Shown: positions 1 to 9,610, counted from the first letter of the stretch. The stretch is DNA of 64,000 nucleotides from Escherichia coli (GCF_048403405.1 NZ_CP183129.1), one strand, 5' to 3'. The notes: generated by a model from the letters alone, not told the origin. Translations and numbers: made by a program.

Positions 1-2
1 AT

Positions 3-551
3 CCGGTCAGCGATAACGCGGCGCTGACTGGGTTAAGTAAGCTTTTCCGGCACATTCAACCCGCCGTGAACGATCCTCAGGATCTGCGCGCAAAACTGGA
101 AATGCTGTGGGCGTCTTACTATGGCGGCGTAGCGATAACCCATGCGGGCACGCATCTCGTTCATGCGCTCTCCTACCCGTTAGGTGGCAAATATCATCTG
201 CCGCATGGCGTCGCGAATGCCATCTTGCTGGCGCCGTGCATGGCGTTTGTTCGCCCCTGGGCGGTCGAGAAATTTGCCCGGGTCTGGGATTGCATTCCCG
301 ATGCGGAAACCGCCCTGAGCGCGGAAGAAAAATCTCATGCCCTGGTGGCCTGGCTACAGGCATTAGTCAATCAACTCAAGCTACCCAACAATCTCGCGGA
401 TCTCGGCGTACCGCCAGAGGATATTGCCTCTCTTAGCGAGGCGGCACTGAACGTGAAGCGCCTTATGAACAATGCGCCGTGCCAGCTTGATCTACAGGAC
501 GTACAGGCCATTTACCAAACACTGTTTCCGCAACATCAATTTAAGGAATAA
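3..551 (+). CDS. Iron-containing (group III) alcohol dehydrogenase family protein, C-terminal ~182 aa; 5' end lies beyond the left window edge
   Basis: Frame is open from nt 3 with no stop before the track's GTG at 66. Contains HALSYPLGGKYHLPHGVANAILL, the His-rich metal-binding segment typical of Fe-ADHs (FucO/YiaY/EutG-like). Stop lies 3 nt before the next ATG. Confidence 0.8.
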   Translation, partial: PVSDNAALTGLSKLFRHIQPAVNDPQDLRAKLEMLWASYYGGVAITHAGTHLVHALSYPLGGKYHLPHGVANAILLAPCMAFVRPWAVEKFARVWDCIPDAETALSAEEKSHALVAWLQALVNQLKLPNNLADLGVPPEDIASLSEAALNVKRLMNNAPCQLDLQDVQAIYQTLFPQHQFKE

Positions 552-554
552 ATC

Positions 555-1442
555 ATGCCGAAAACCATTGAAGGTGTATTAACCGCCATCGTCACCCCGT
601 TTACCGCGACCGGCAGTCTGAATATCCCGGCGTTAAAAGTGCAGGTGAATCGTCAACTGGAAGCGGGTAACGCGATTTTTTGCGGCGGCACCAACGGCGA
701 GTTTTTTGTGTTGAATGAACAGGAGAAGCTCAGCGTTACGCAAACCTGCGTGGATGAAGTGGCTGGTCGTGCGCCGGTCGTGGCACACATTGGCGAGATC
801 TCGACGCGCGAAACGATTCGTCTGGGTCAGCAGATTGAAAAACTTGGCGTAGATGCTGTGTCGGTCATTACCCCTTACTTCGTACCGCTGAAACAGGAAG
901 AGTTGATTGCGCATTACAGCGCAATTGCCGACGCGCTGAGCATTCCGATGTTTCTCTATAACATCCCGGCCCGCACTGGCAATACGATCCAGCCGGAAAC
1001 CGCGCGTGCTCTGGCGTCGCATCCCAATATCATTGGGATTAAAGACAGCGCCGGAAGCGACGAAAGCCTGAAGGGTTTTCTCGATGCTGTGCGCAACATT
1101 GACGGCTTTAATGTACTCAACGGCCCGGATTCGCTGATCCATAAAGGGTTTGTCGAGGGGTGTTCAGCCTGTATCTCTGGGCTCGCCAACGTCGCACCGC
1201 GGGAAATCAATGCTATCTGGTCTCGCGTCCATGCCGGTGATATTGAAGGGTCTTATGAAGCACAGGAGAGTGTAACGGGCCTGCGTACCGACCTTTATAA
1301 AGTAGCGTTCTCCCCGGCTGCGGTGAAAAAAGCGTTGCAGCTTATGGGGCATGATGTTGGTGATAGCCGCTACGCGGTTAATTTCACGCCTGAACAGATC
1401 AGCGAGATTCAACAAATTATTCGTCATTATAACATTAATTAA
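555..1442 (+). CDS. DapA/NanA-family class I (Schiff-base) pyruvate aldolase/lyase
   Basis: 295 aa. Motifs GGTNGEF, VITPYF, YNIPARTGN and IGIKDSAG (putative Schiff-base Lys) align with the DHDPS/N-acetylneuraminate lyase family. AAGGA RBS precedes the start, which follows the ADH stop closely. Confidence 0.85.
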   Translation: MPKTIEGVLTAIVTPFTATGSLNIPALKVQVNRQLEAGNAIFCGGTNGEFFVLNEQEKLSVTQTCVDEVAGRAPVVAHIGEISTRETIRLGQQIEKLGVDAVSVITPYFVPLKQEELIAHYSAIADALSIPMFLYNIPARTGNTIQPETARALASHPNIIGIKDSAGSDESLKGFLDAVRNIDGFNVLNGPDSLIHKGFVEGCSACISGLANVAPREINAIWSRVHAGDIEGSYEAQESVTGLRTDLYKVAFSPAAVKKALQLMGHDVGDSRYAVNFTPEQISEIQQIIRHYNIN

Positions 1443-1501
1443 ATTAACTCTATTATCCAGCCCGCGATAAAGTTTAGATAAAGAGAATAAAGGATTACTC
1501 C

Positions 1502-2260
1502 ATGTTTTTGTGGTTTATGCAGCCAGATATCTGGCTCACTTTAATTACCCTCACCTTTCTGGAAATTATTCTTGGGGTGGATAATATTATTTTTCTTTCA
1601 CTGGTGGTGGCAAAACTTCCGTTATCACAACAAAATATGGCGCGTAAACTGGGTTTAAGCTGCGCGATGATTATGCGGATATTATTGCTGATATCCATTG
1701 CGTGGCTTTCACATATTACCCAGCCGCTTTTTACCGTGCTGACGCTGGAGATTTCGTTCCGCACGTTGATTCTGCTCGGGGGCGGGCTGTTCCTGATTTA
1801 TAAAGCGATACAGGAGATACGCGAAGAGCTGTCGCCCGCGCAGGAAGACGAACATGGCAGCGGATCGCGGCAACTGTCGTTGTGCGGTGCCATCGTACAG
1901 ATAATGCTGCTCGATATCGTGTTTAGCCTGGATTCGGTGATCACCGCCGTCGGCCTTTCTCAGCATATATTTATCATGATTGCCGCCGTAATGATTGCCG
2001 TCGGTGTCATGATGTTTGCGGCGAAAACAATTGGTGATTTCGTTAACGCCACGCCGTCAATAAAAATACTGGCGTTAACCTTTTTATTATTTGTCGGTGT
2101 ATTGCTGGTTGCCGATAGTCTCAACATTCATATTGCCAAAGAGTATCTCTACTTCGCGATATTTTTCTCATTAAGTGTTGAGACACTCAATATTATCCGT
2201 GAAAGAAGAAATAAAAAAGTTTCGACATTGATCGAAACGCATGAATCGCACTCGCATTAA
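1502..2260 (+). CDS. TerC-family integral membrane protein (YgdQ-like)
   Basis: 252 aa and multi-TM. LEIILGVDNIIFLSLVVAKLP and IVQIMLLDIVFSLDSVITAVG are the duplicated TerC-family signature and closely resemble E. coli YgdQ as I recall it. AAGGA RBS. Confidence 0.8.
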   Translation: MFLWFMQPDIWLTLITLTFLEIILGVDNIIFLSLVVAKLPLSQQNMARKLGLSCAMIMRILLLISIAWLSHITQPLFTVLTLEISFRTLILLGGGLFLIYKAIQEIREELSPAQEDEHGSGSRQLSLCGAIVQIMLLDIVFSLDSVITAVGLSQHIFIMIAAVMIAVGVMMFAAKTIGDFVNATPSIKILALTFLLFVGVLLVADSLNIHIAKEYLYFAIFFSLSVETLNIIRERRNKKVSTLIETHESHSH

Positions 2261-2295
2261 TAAATCTATTACCGACTTTAAGATGGAGTCTAACT

Positions 2296-3465
2296 ATGTC
2301 TGTAGCCCTTATTCGTGACGGCGTCATCCGTCCATCCGAAAACGATTCGCATGTGCTTACCGCCATGCTGCCCTCGTCCTGCCCACAAAACCACGCGGCG
2401 AATATTCTGCCTTTGCCGGATGGCGCGTTAATGTGCGTCTGGTTTGCGGGAACGCAGGAAGGTATTGCCGATATTTCTGTCTGGGGATCGCGATTGCCCG
2501 CTGGCGGGATGCAGTGGAGCGATGCGGTCAAACTTTCCCACGATGACACGCGTTCAGAGCAAAACCCAGTGCTGTTTCTCGCGCCGGATAACGTGCTGTG
2601 GCTGCTATGGACCGCACAAATATCCGGGAATCAGGACACCGCCATCGTCCGCTACCGTAAGTCAGACGACCTCGGACAAACCTGGGGCGAGATTGCCACG
2701 CTGCTCGATAAACCCGGCACGTTCATTCGCCAGCCGATCACGGTGCTTGATAACGGCAACTGGCTGCTGCCCGTCTTTTATTGCCGTACCCAACCCGGTG
2801 AAAAATGGGTCGGCAATGATGATATCAGCGCAGTGAAAATTTCCGCTGACGGTGGTCACTCCTGGCGCGATGTCGTGGTGCCGCAAAGTCTCGGCTGCGT
2901 TCATATGAATATCACAATGCTGCACGACAGTACGTTGGTTGCTCTCTTTCGAAGCCGTTGGGCAGACAACATCTATATCAGCCATTCAGTGGACAACGGC
3001 GAGAGTTGGTCGGTGCCGCAAGCTACCGAATTGCCCAACAACAATTCGTCTATTCAGGTAACGACGCTTGCCAGCGGCGAACTGGCGCTGGTGTACAACG
3101 CGATGAGTGCGGCAGGCGCAGTAGAACGTCGCGCGTCGCTTTATGACGAAATCGACGATGGCGACGACAGCCGCAAAGAACCGACAGCCGTCGGACGCTC
3201 CGCTTTCTGGGGGGCCCCACGCGCGCCGATGACGGTAGCGATTTCTGCCGATGGTGGGAAAAGCTGGCCGTGGCGGCGCAATCTCGATGAAGGCGACGGC
3301 TACTGCATGACCAACAATTCCCTGGAAAAGCTAAATCGTGAGTTCTCCTACCCCAGCATCAAACAAAGCCCGGACGGTACGCTACATATCGCTTACACCT
3401 GGTGGCGTCAGGCCATCAAGTACGTGCGCATCTCCCCCGAGTGGGTTAAGGGGCAGGCATCATGA
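2296..3465 (+). CDS. BNR/Asp-box repeat sialidase-fold protein (exo-alpha-sialidase family), no signal peptide
   Basis: 389 aa. Four Asp-boxes (S-x-D-x-G-x-[ST]-W): SDDLGQTW nt 2662-2685, SADGGHSW 2842-2865, SVDNGESW 2986-3009, SADGGKSW 3244-3267. N-terminal V-I-R-P resembles the sialidase RIP motif. The N-terminus is hydrophilic, with no leader or lipobox. Confidence 0.8.
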   Translation: MSVALIRDGVIRPSENDSHVLTAMLPSSCPQNHAANILPLPDGALMCVWFAGTQEGIADISVWGSRLPAGGMQWSDAVKLSHDDTRSEQNPVLFLAPDNVLWLLWTAQISGNQDTAIVRYRKSDDLGQTWGEIATLLDKPGTFIRQPITVLDNGNWLLPVFYCRTQPGEKWVGNDDISAVKISADGGHSWRDVVVPQSLGCVHMNITMLHDSTLVALFRSRWADNIYISHSVDNGESWSVPQATELPNNNSSIQVTTLASGELALVYNAMSAAGAVERRASLYDEIDDGDDSRKEPTAVGRSAFWGAPRAPMTVAISADGGKSWPWRRNLDEGDGYCMTNNSLEKLNREFSYPSIKQSPDGTLHIAYTWWRQAIKYVRISPEWVKGQAS

Positions 3466-3932
3466 TTATCGGTAATCTCAACCATTTGTCGCTGGCGGGG
3501 CTTCCCGCCTGGGTGAGAAATATTCTGCTGTGCCCGGAGTGTTCGTTATCGGCGTTATCCGCCAGAGAGGACGGTCGCTGGCAACCTGAAGGATGTCGGT
3601 GGTTCTGCACGCTGGGAACTTCAGACACGCAACCCGCCGAACTCCGCCATACGGAGTATCACCATCTGTGGGCCGATATCCAGGTGGTGATTACTGGTTG
3701 TGAGGGCATTAATGCGGGAACGCGGCCCATCGCTCGCGAAAACGATGAAGAACGTAAGCCCGATCTGTTTATCGCCCCATCCCCTGAAAACAGTGTCGCC
3801 ATCACTCTACACCCCGGTGATTTCGCCGTCTTTATGCCTGAGGAACCTCACCAGGCGCTGTGCGCGATTGGCGCGGCTACGTCAGTACGCAAAGCGGTCT
3901 TTAAGGTACCGCGCGACATGCTGGAAGCCTAA
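3462..3932 (+). CDS. YhcH/YjgK/YiaL (DUF386) family protein
   Basis: 156 aa. GDFAVFMPEEPHQA and HTEYHHLWADIQVVI parallel GMFAVFMPGEPHKP and ELHEQYIDIQLLL of E. coli YhcH (recalled). Its ATG overlaps the upstream stop (ATGA), implying translational coupling. Confidence 0.8.
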   Translation: MIIGNLNHLSLAGLPAWVRNILLCPECSLSALSAREDGRWQPEGCRWFCTLGTSDTQPAELRHTEYHHLWADIQVVITGCEGINAGTRPIARENDEERKPDLFIAPSPENSVAITLHPGDFAVFMPEEPHQALCAIGAATSVRKAVFKVPRDMLEA

Positions 3933-3945
3933 AAGGAGAGAAAAA

Positions 3946-5226
3946 ATGACAATGGAAATGATCCTGGCATTAGGAATACTGGTCCTGATGATCGTGCTGA
4001 TCATGTCGGACAAAATGCCATTTGGCGCACCGCCACTGCTTGCGTGTTTATTGCTGGTTGTCTCGGGACTTTCGACCGTTCAACAGGCTTTTGCCGGATT
4101 CGTCAATCCAAGCGTGGTGATGATTGCAGGGTTTATGGTGGTCATGGCAGCGCTACAAAAAACCCGGCTTATCAGCAACGTTAAATCTGCGATGATAAGC
4201 CTGGTCAATAAAGGCAGTTACCGCAGCTACGGGCTGTTGTTAGTCATTGTTATGCTGGGTGCCAGTCTTGCAGGCACCGGCGCGACCGGTTATTACGTGC
4301 TGATTCTGTCGCTGGTATCCACCATTCCGTACAGTAAAAAGCTACCAACATCGAAATTAATGATGCCCCTGGGATTTGCCACCAACCACCCGCTTCTTCC
4401 TATCAATCTCGCGCTTCTCTTTGGCGTTACGGCGACCGTACTCGAAACCGCGGGTTTTCATCAGGAGATTTCGATGGGGCGCTTTGCGCTGGTGAATCTC
4501 ATCATGTCAGCGGCGTTCCTCGCATGGAGTCTTATTGCCTACCGTTTTCTTCCGGATCATCCCATTGCGGATGCTTCCGAGGATGCGCTGGCGGCACGCG
4601 AGGAAACGTTTAACGCCCTTCCTGCCTGGAAAGAATATTGCACTATTGCCGCATTCGCTGTCAGCGTTATCGGCATGATGCTAATGAACATTCTGGGAAA
4701 TATCGCCTTCGTTATTCCGGGTCTTGCGGGTGCGTTTGTTCTGATGATCGATGTACTGGACTTTAAAGAAGTTCGCGATCATATGGGAGCGCCGGTCATT
4801 TTAATGATGGCGGGGGTGATCGGTGTAGCTGATGCACTGGCGGGCACCGGCTTTACGGCGATGGTTGGCGATGCCGTTGCAGGTGTGCTCGGTTCTGGCG
4901 TCTCACCGTTTGTATTTATTGTCGCCTTTGCTTTGCTTACCAGTACCTGCGCCACCTTCACGGGTTCGAATATGGGGTCTGTTTATATTTTTGCCCCCAT
5001 CGCCATTGCCGCCTGTACCAGCCTTGGGCTTAACCCGACCGCTGCAGCGATTGCGGTGGTGATTTCAGGCTGGAACGGCGGCTATATGCCTATTGACGGA
5101 ATGCCAGCCATGATCCTCGGAATGGGGAAATACAAACTTCCCGAATTCTGGGTGTTCTCTGTACCAATGTATCTCATCCGCATTCTGGCGCTTTGTGCAG
5201 GCGCTGTTTTTATCTTCCCAATGTAA
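3946..5226 (+). CDS. Ion-transporter superfamily anion permease (ArsB/NhaD / citrate-transporter-like), 426 aa
   Basis: Highly hydrophobic multi-TM protein. I chose the start at ATG 3946, behind a strong AAAGGAGAG RBS. The track's 3700 start overlaps the YhcH-like gene out of frame and encodes a basic, non-membrane leader. Confidence 0.75.
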   Translation: MTMEMILALGILVLMIVLIMSDKMPFGAPPLLACLLLVVSGLSTVQQAFAGFVNPSVVMIAGFMVVMAALQKTRLISNVKSAMISLVNKGSYRSYGLLLVIVMLGASLAGTGATGYYVLILSLVSTIPYSKKLPTSKLMMPLGFATNHPLLPINLALLFGVTATVLETAGFHQEISMGRFALVNLIMSAAFLAWSLIAYRFLPDHPIADASEDALAAREETFNALPAWKEYCTIAAFAVSVIGMMLMNILGNIAFVIPGLAGAFVLMIDVLDFKEVRDHMGAPVILMMAGVIGVADALAGTGFTAMVGDAVAGVLGSGVSPFVFIVAFALLTSTCATFTGSNMGSVYIFAPIAIAACTSLGLNPTAAAIAVVISGWNGGYMPIDGMPAMILGMGKYKLPEFWVFSVPMYLIRILALCAGAVFIFPM

Positions 5227-5240
5227 TCTCAGACAAAAAA

Positions 5241-5269
5241 AGCGGCAGAGAAGATCCCTGCCGCTTTTT
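5241..5269. terminator. Bidirectional rho-independent terminator between the accessory operon and nagE
   Basis: Hairpin AGCGGCAG-N9-CTGCCGCT, flanked by an A-run upstream and a T-run downstream. Confidence 0.75.
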
Positions 5270-5275
5270 ATTGTT

Positions 5276-5303
5276 GGATGCGACGCTGCCGTGTCGCATC
5301 AGG
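5276..5303. repeat. REP-like palindromic unit
   Basis: GGATGCGACGCTGCCGTGTCGCATCAGG. It has the inverted repeat GATGCGAC/GTCGCATC and resembles E. coli REP consensus variants. Confidence 0.6.
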
Positions 5304-5314
5304 TATAAAGCAGA

Positions 5315-7261
5315 TTACTTTTTGATTTCATACAGCGGCGTTTGACCCGCCACGACATGGCCCTGAGCTTTAATGATCAAGCCGCTGAAATCGTCGATAT
5401 TGCTGCAAACCACCGGGCTAATCATCGAGCGGGCGTTAGCGTTCAGGTAATCCAGATCCATTTCCAGAATCGGTTGTCCTGCGCTTACCTGCGCGCCCTC
5501 TTCCACCAGACGTTTAAAACCTTTACCTTCCAGCGCTACGGTGTCGATACCCATATGGACGACGATCTCCGCGCCTTTTTCGGTTTCCAGGCAGAACGCG
5601 TGGTTGGTATTGAAGATTTTCACGATTGTCCCTGCGGCTGGTGATACGACGATTTTATCTGTCGGTTTCACCGCCACACCGTCACCCACCGCTTTGCTGG
5701 CGAATGCTTCGTCAGGAACCTGATCCAGTGCCACAACATCACCGGTAATCGGCGATACCAGCTCCGCGACAGACACCGCGTTTGGTATAGCCTGCGGTTT
5801 TGCTACAGGCGCGGCAGTTGCAGGCGCAGTTTCAGCTGACGTAGCGGCTACCGGACCACGGGCAACAACTTTCTTCATTGCATCGCCAATGGATTCCGCT
5901 TTCGCGCCAACAATCACCTGAATAGTCTGTTTGTTCAGTTTCACTACCCCAGAAGCACCCAGCCGTTTACACATCGCATCGTTGACGCGAGCCGAGTCAA
6001 CCACGGTCAGGCGCAGACGAGTAATACAGGCGTCAATTGCTTTCAGGTTGTCAGTGCCGCCAACCGCAGCAATATAGTTGGTCGCCAGTTGATTGAGGCC
6101 TTCTTCAGTGTTGCTGTTGGCTTCTTCAGTAACGATCTCATCTTCTTTATCTTCACGACCCGGCGTTTTCAGGTTGAACATGCGGATAACCAAACTGAAC
6201 ACCACGAAGTAGATAGCGAAGAAGACAACACCCATCACCAGCAGCATCCAGACGTTCTGGCTGGCGGCCGGCAGGTTATACATCAACGCGTAGTCGATAG
6301 CCCCCGCAGAGAAGGAGAAGCCCGCGTGGATACCCAGCAGCGTTGCCACAAACAGGCTGATACCGGTCAGCAGTGCGTGCAGGAGGTACAGCAGCGGCGC
6401 AAGGAACATGAACAGGAATTCCAGCGGCTCAGTCACACCGGTCAGGAACGCAGTAACAGCAACAGAAAGCAGCATACCGCCAACCATCGGACGACGCTCT
6501 TTCGGTGCTGCAAAGTACATCGCCAGCGCCGCACCCGGCAGACCGAACATCATGATCGGGAAGAAGCCGGACATGAACATCCCCGCGGTGCCGTCACCGG
6601 CATAGAAGCGGTTGATGTCACCGTGGAAAACCGTACCCGCCGCGTTGGTGAATTCACCAATCTGGAACCAGGCGATGGTGTTCAGTACCTGATGCAGACC
6701 GGTTGGGATCAGCAGACGGTTGATGAAACCAAAGATACCGGAACCCAGCGCGCCCGCAGAAACGATCCACTCGCCGCCTGCATGGATAGCGTGCTGTACC
6801 GGCGGCCAGACGTAACCAAAAATGGCCGCCAGCACCAGGCAGAAGAAGCCGGTGGCAATCGGCACAAAGCGTTTGCCGCCGAAGAAACTCAGGAAGTCCG
6901 GCAGTTTAATATCGGACCAACGGTTATAAGCTGCGCCACCAACCAGACCGGTAATGATACCCGCCAGTACACCCATGTTAATTTCCGGGTTGATGGTCAC
7001 CATCGCTTTGGTTAACACAAAGTAACCTACCGCACCCGCCAGCGCCGCCGCACCTGCGCTGTCTTTCGACCAGCTGGATGCCACACCGATGGCGAAGATT
7101 AATGCGAGGTTATCAAAAATCGCACCGCCCGCCTGGGCAATAAACGCAACGTTAAGTAAATCTGGCTGACCGAATCGCAGCAACAGCGCCGCCACCGGCA
7201 GCACCGCGATAGGGAGCTGTAACGCCCTACCGAGTCGCTGGAAAAAACCTAAAATATTCAT
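5315..7261 (-). CDS. nagE: PTS N-acetylglucosamine-specific EIICBA component
   Basis: 648 aa. Full-length recognisable NagE sequence (MNILGFFQRLGRALQLPIAVLP...), divergent from nagB. Confidence 0.97.
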   Translation of the reverse strand: MNILGFFQRLGRALQLPIAVLPVAALLLRFGQPDLLNVAFIAQAGGAIFDNLALIFAIGVASSWSKDSAGAAALAGAVGYFVLTKAMVTINPEINMGVLAGIITGLVGGAAYNRWSDIKLPDFLSFFGGKRFVPIATGFFCLVLAAIFGYVWPPVQHAIHAGGEWIVSAGALGSGIFGFINRLLIPTGLHQVLNTIAWFQIGEFTNAAGTVFHGDINRFYAGDGTAGMFMSGFFPIMMFGLPGAALAMYFAAPKERRPMVGGMLLSVAVTAFLTGVTEPLEFLFMFLAPLLYLLHALLTGISLFVATLLGIHAGFSFSAGAIDYALMYNLPAASQNVWMLLVMGVVFFAIYFVVFSLVIRMFNLKTPGREDKEDEIVTEEANSNTEEGLNQLATNYIAAVGGTDNLKAIDACITRLRLTVVDSARVNDAMCKRLGASGVVKLNKQTIQVIVGAKAESIGDAMKKVVARGPVAATSAETAPATAAPVAKPQAIPNAVSVAELVSPITGDVVALDQVPDEAFASKAVGDGVAVKPTDKIVVSPAAGTIVKIFNTNHAFCLETEKGAEIVVHMGIDTVALEGKGFKRLVEEGAQVSAGQPILEMDLDYLNANARSMISPVVCSNIDDFSGLIIKAQGHVVAGQTPLYEIKK

Positions 7262-7384
7262 CTTATTCCCCCTACGAGAACCCTATTTGGCTCGTTTAAA
7301 GCCGTATTTTTATTTTGCTGCAAATTGTACTGCCGATGTTCTGTAATCAGATTGTTAGATCATCTGCTACAGAGTGTGTGAAAA

Positions 7385-7407
7385 TTTAATTCGTATCGCA
7401 AATTAAA
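7385..7407. promoter_or_regulatory. NagC operator (nagB-proximal box) in the nagE-nagB divergent control region
   Basis: Perfect inverted repeat TTTAATT-N9-AATTAAA. This matches my recollection of the NagC box in this intergenic region. Confidence 0.6.
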
Positions 7408-7418
7408 CGCGTGTCTTT

Positions 7419-7434
7419 TGTGAGTTTTGTCACC
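7419..7434. promoter_or_regulatory. CRP (cAMP receptor protein) binding site
   Basis: TGTGAGTTTTGTCACC compared with consensus TGTGA-N6-TCACA. It lies between the two NagC boxes, as is known for nagE-B. Confidence 0.65.
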
Positions 7435-7478
7435 AAATATCGTTATCATCACTCCCTTTTACTGGCTAAACCAGAAAA

Positions 7479-7500
7479 CTTATTTTATCATTCAAAAAAT
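7479..7500. promoter_or_regulatory. Probable second NagC operator
   Basis: CTTATTTTATCATTCAAAAAAT is an imperfect AT-rich dyad about 95 bp from the first box, consistent with NagC loop formation. Confidence 0.45.
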
Positions 7501-7593
7501 CAGGTCGGATTGACGCCTGTCTGCGCAAATCCAGGTTACGCTTAAAGATGCCTAATCCGCCAACGGCTTACATTTTACTTATTGAGGTGAATA

Positions 7594-9602
<2,009 letters not shown>

Positions 9603-9610
9603 GAGAAAGT

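Noticed and set aside
1443-1501. Possible yybP-ykoY (Mn) riboswitch upstream of the TerC-family gene
   Set aside because: The spacer is only 59 nt, too short for that element, and shows no conserved helices.
3700-3945. Upstream extension of the permease ORF (track start 3700)
   Set aside because: It overlaps the YhcH-like gene in another frame and encodes a basic, non-hydrophobic leader. A strong RBS precedes the ATG at 3946.
6089-7015. 308-aa ORF on the plus strand inside nagE
   Set aside because: It is antisense to a full-length, recognisable nagE. The translation is low-complexity (His/Arg/Gln-rich), typical of an antisense frame in a GC-biased gene.
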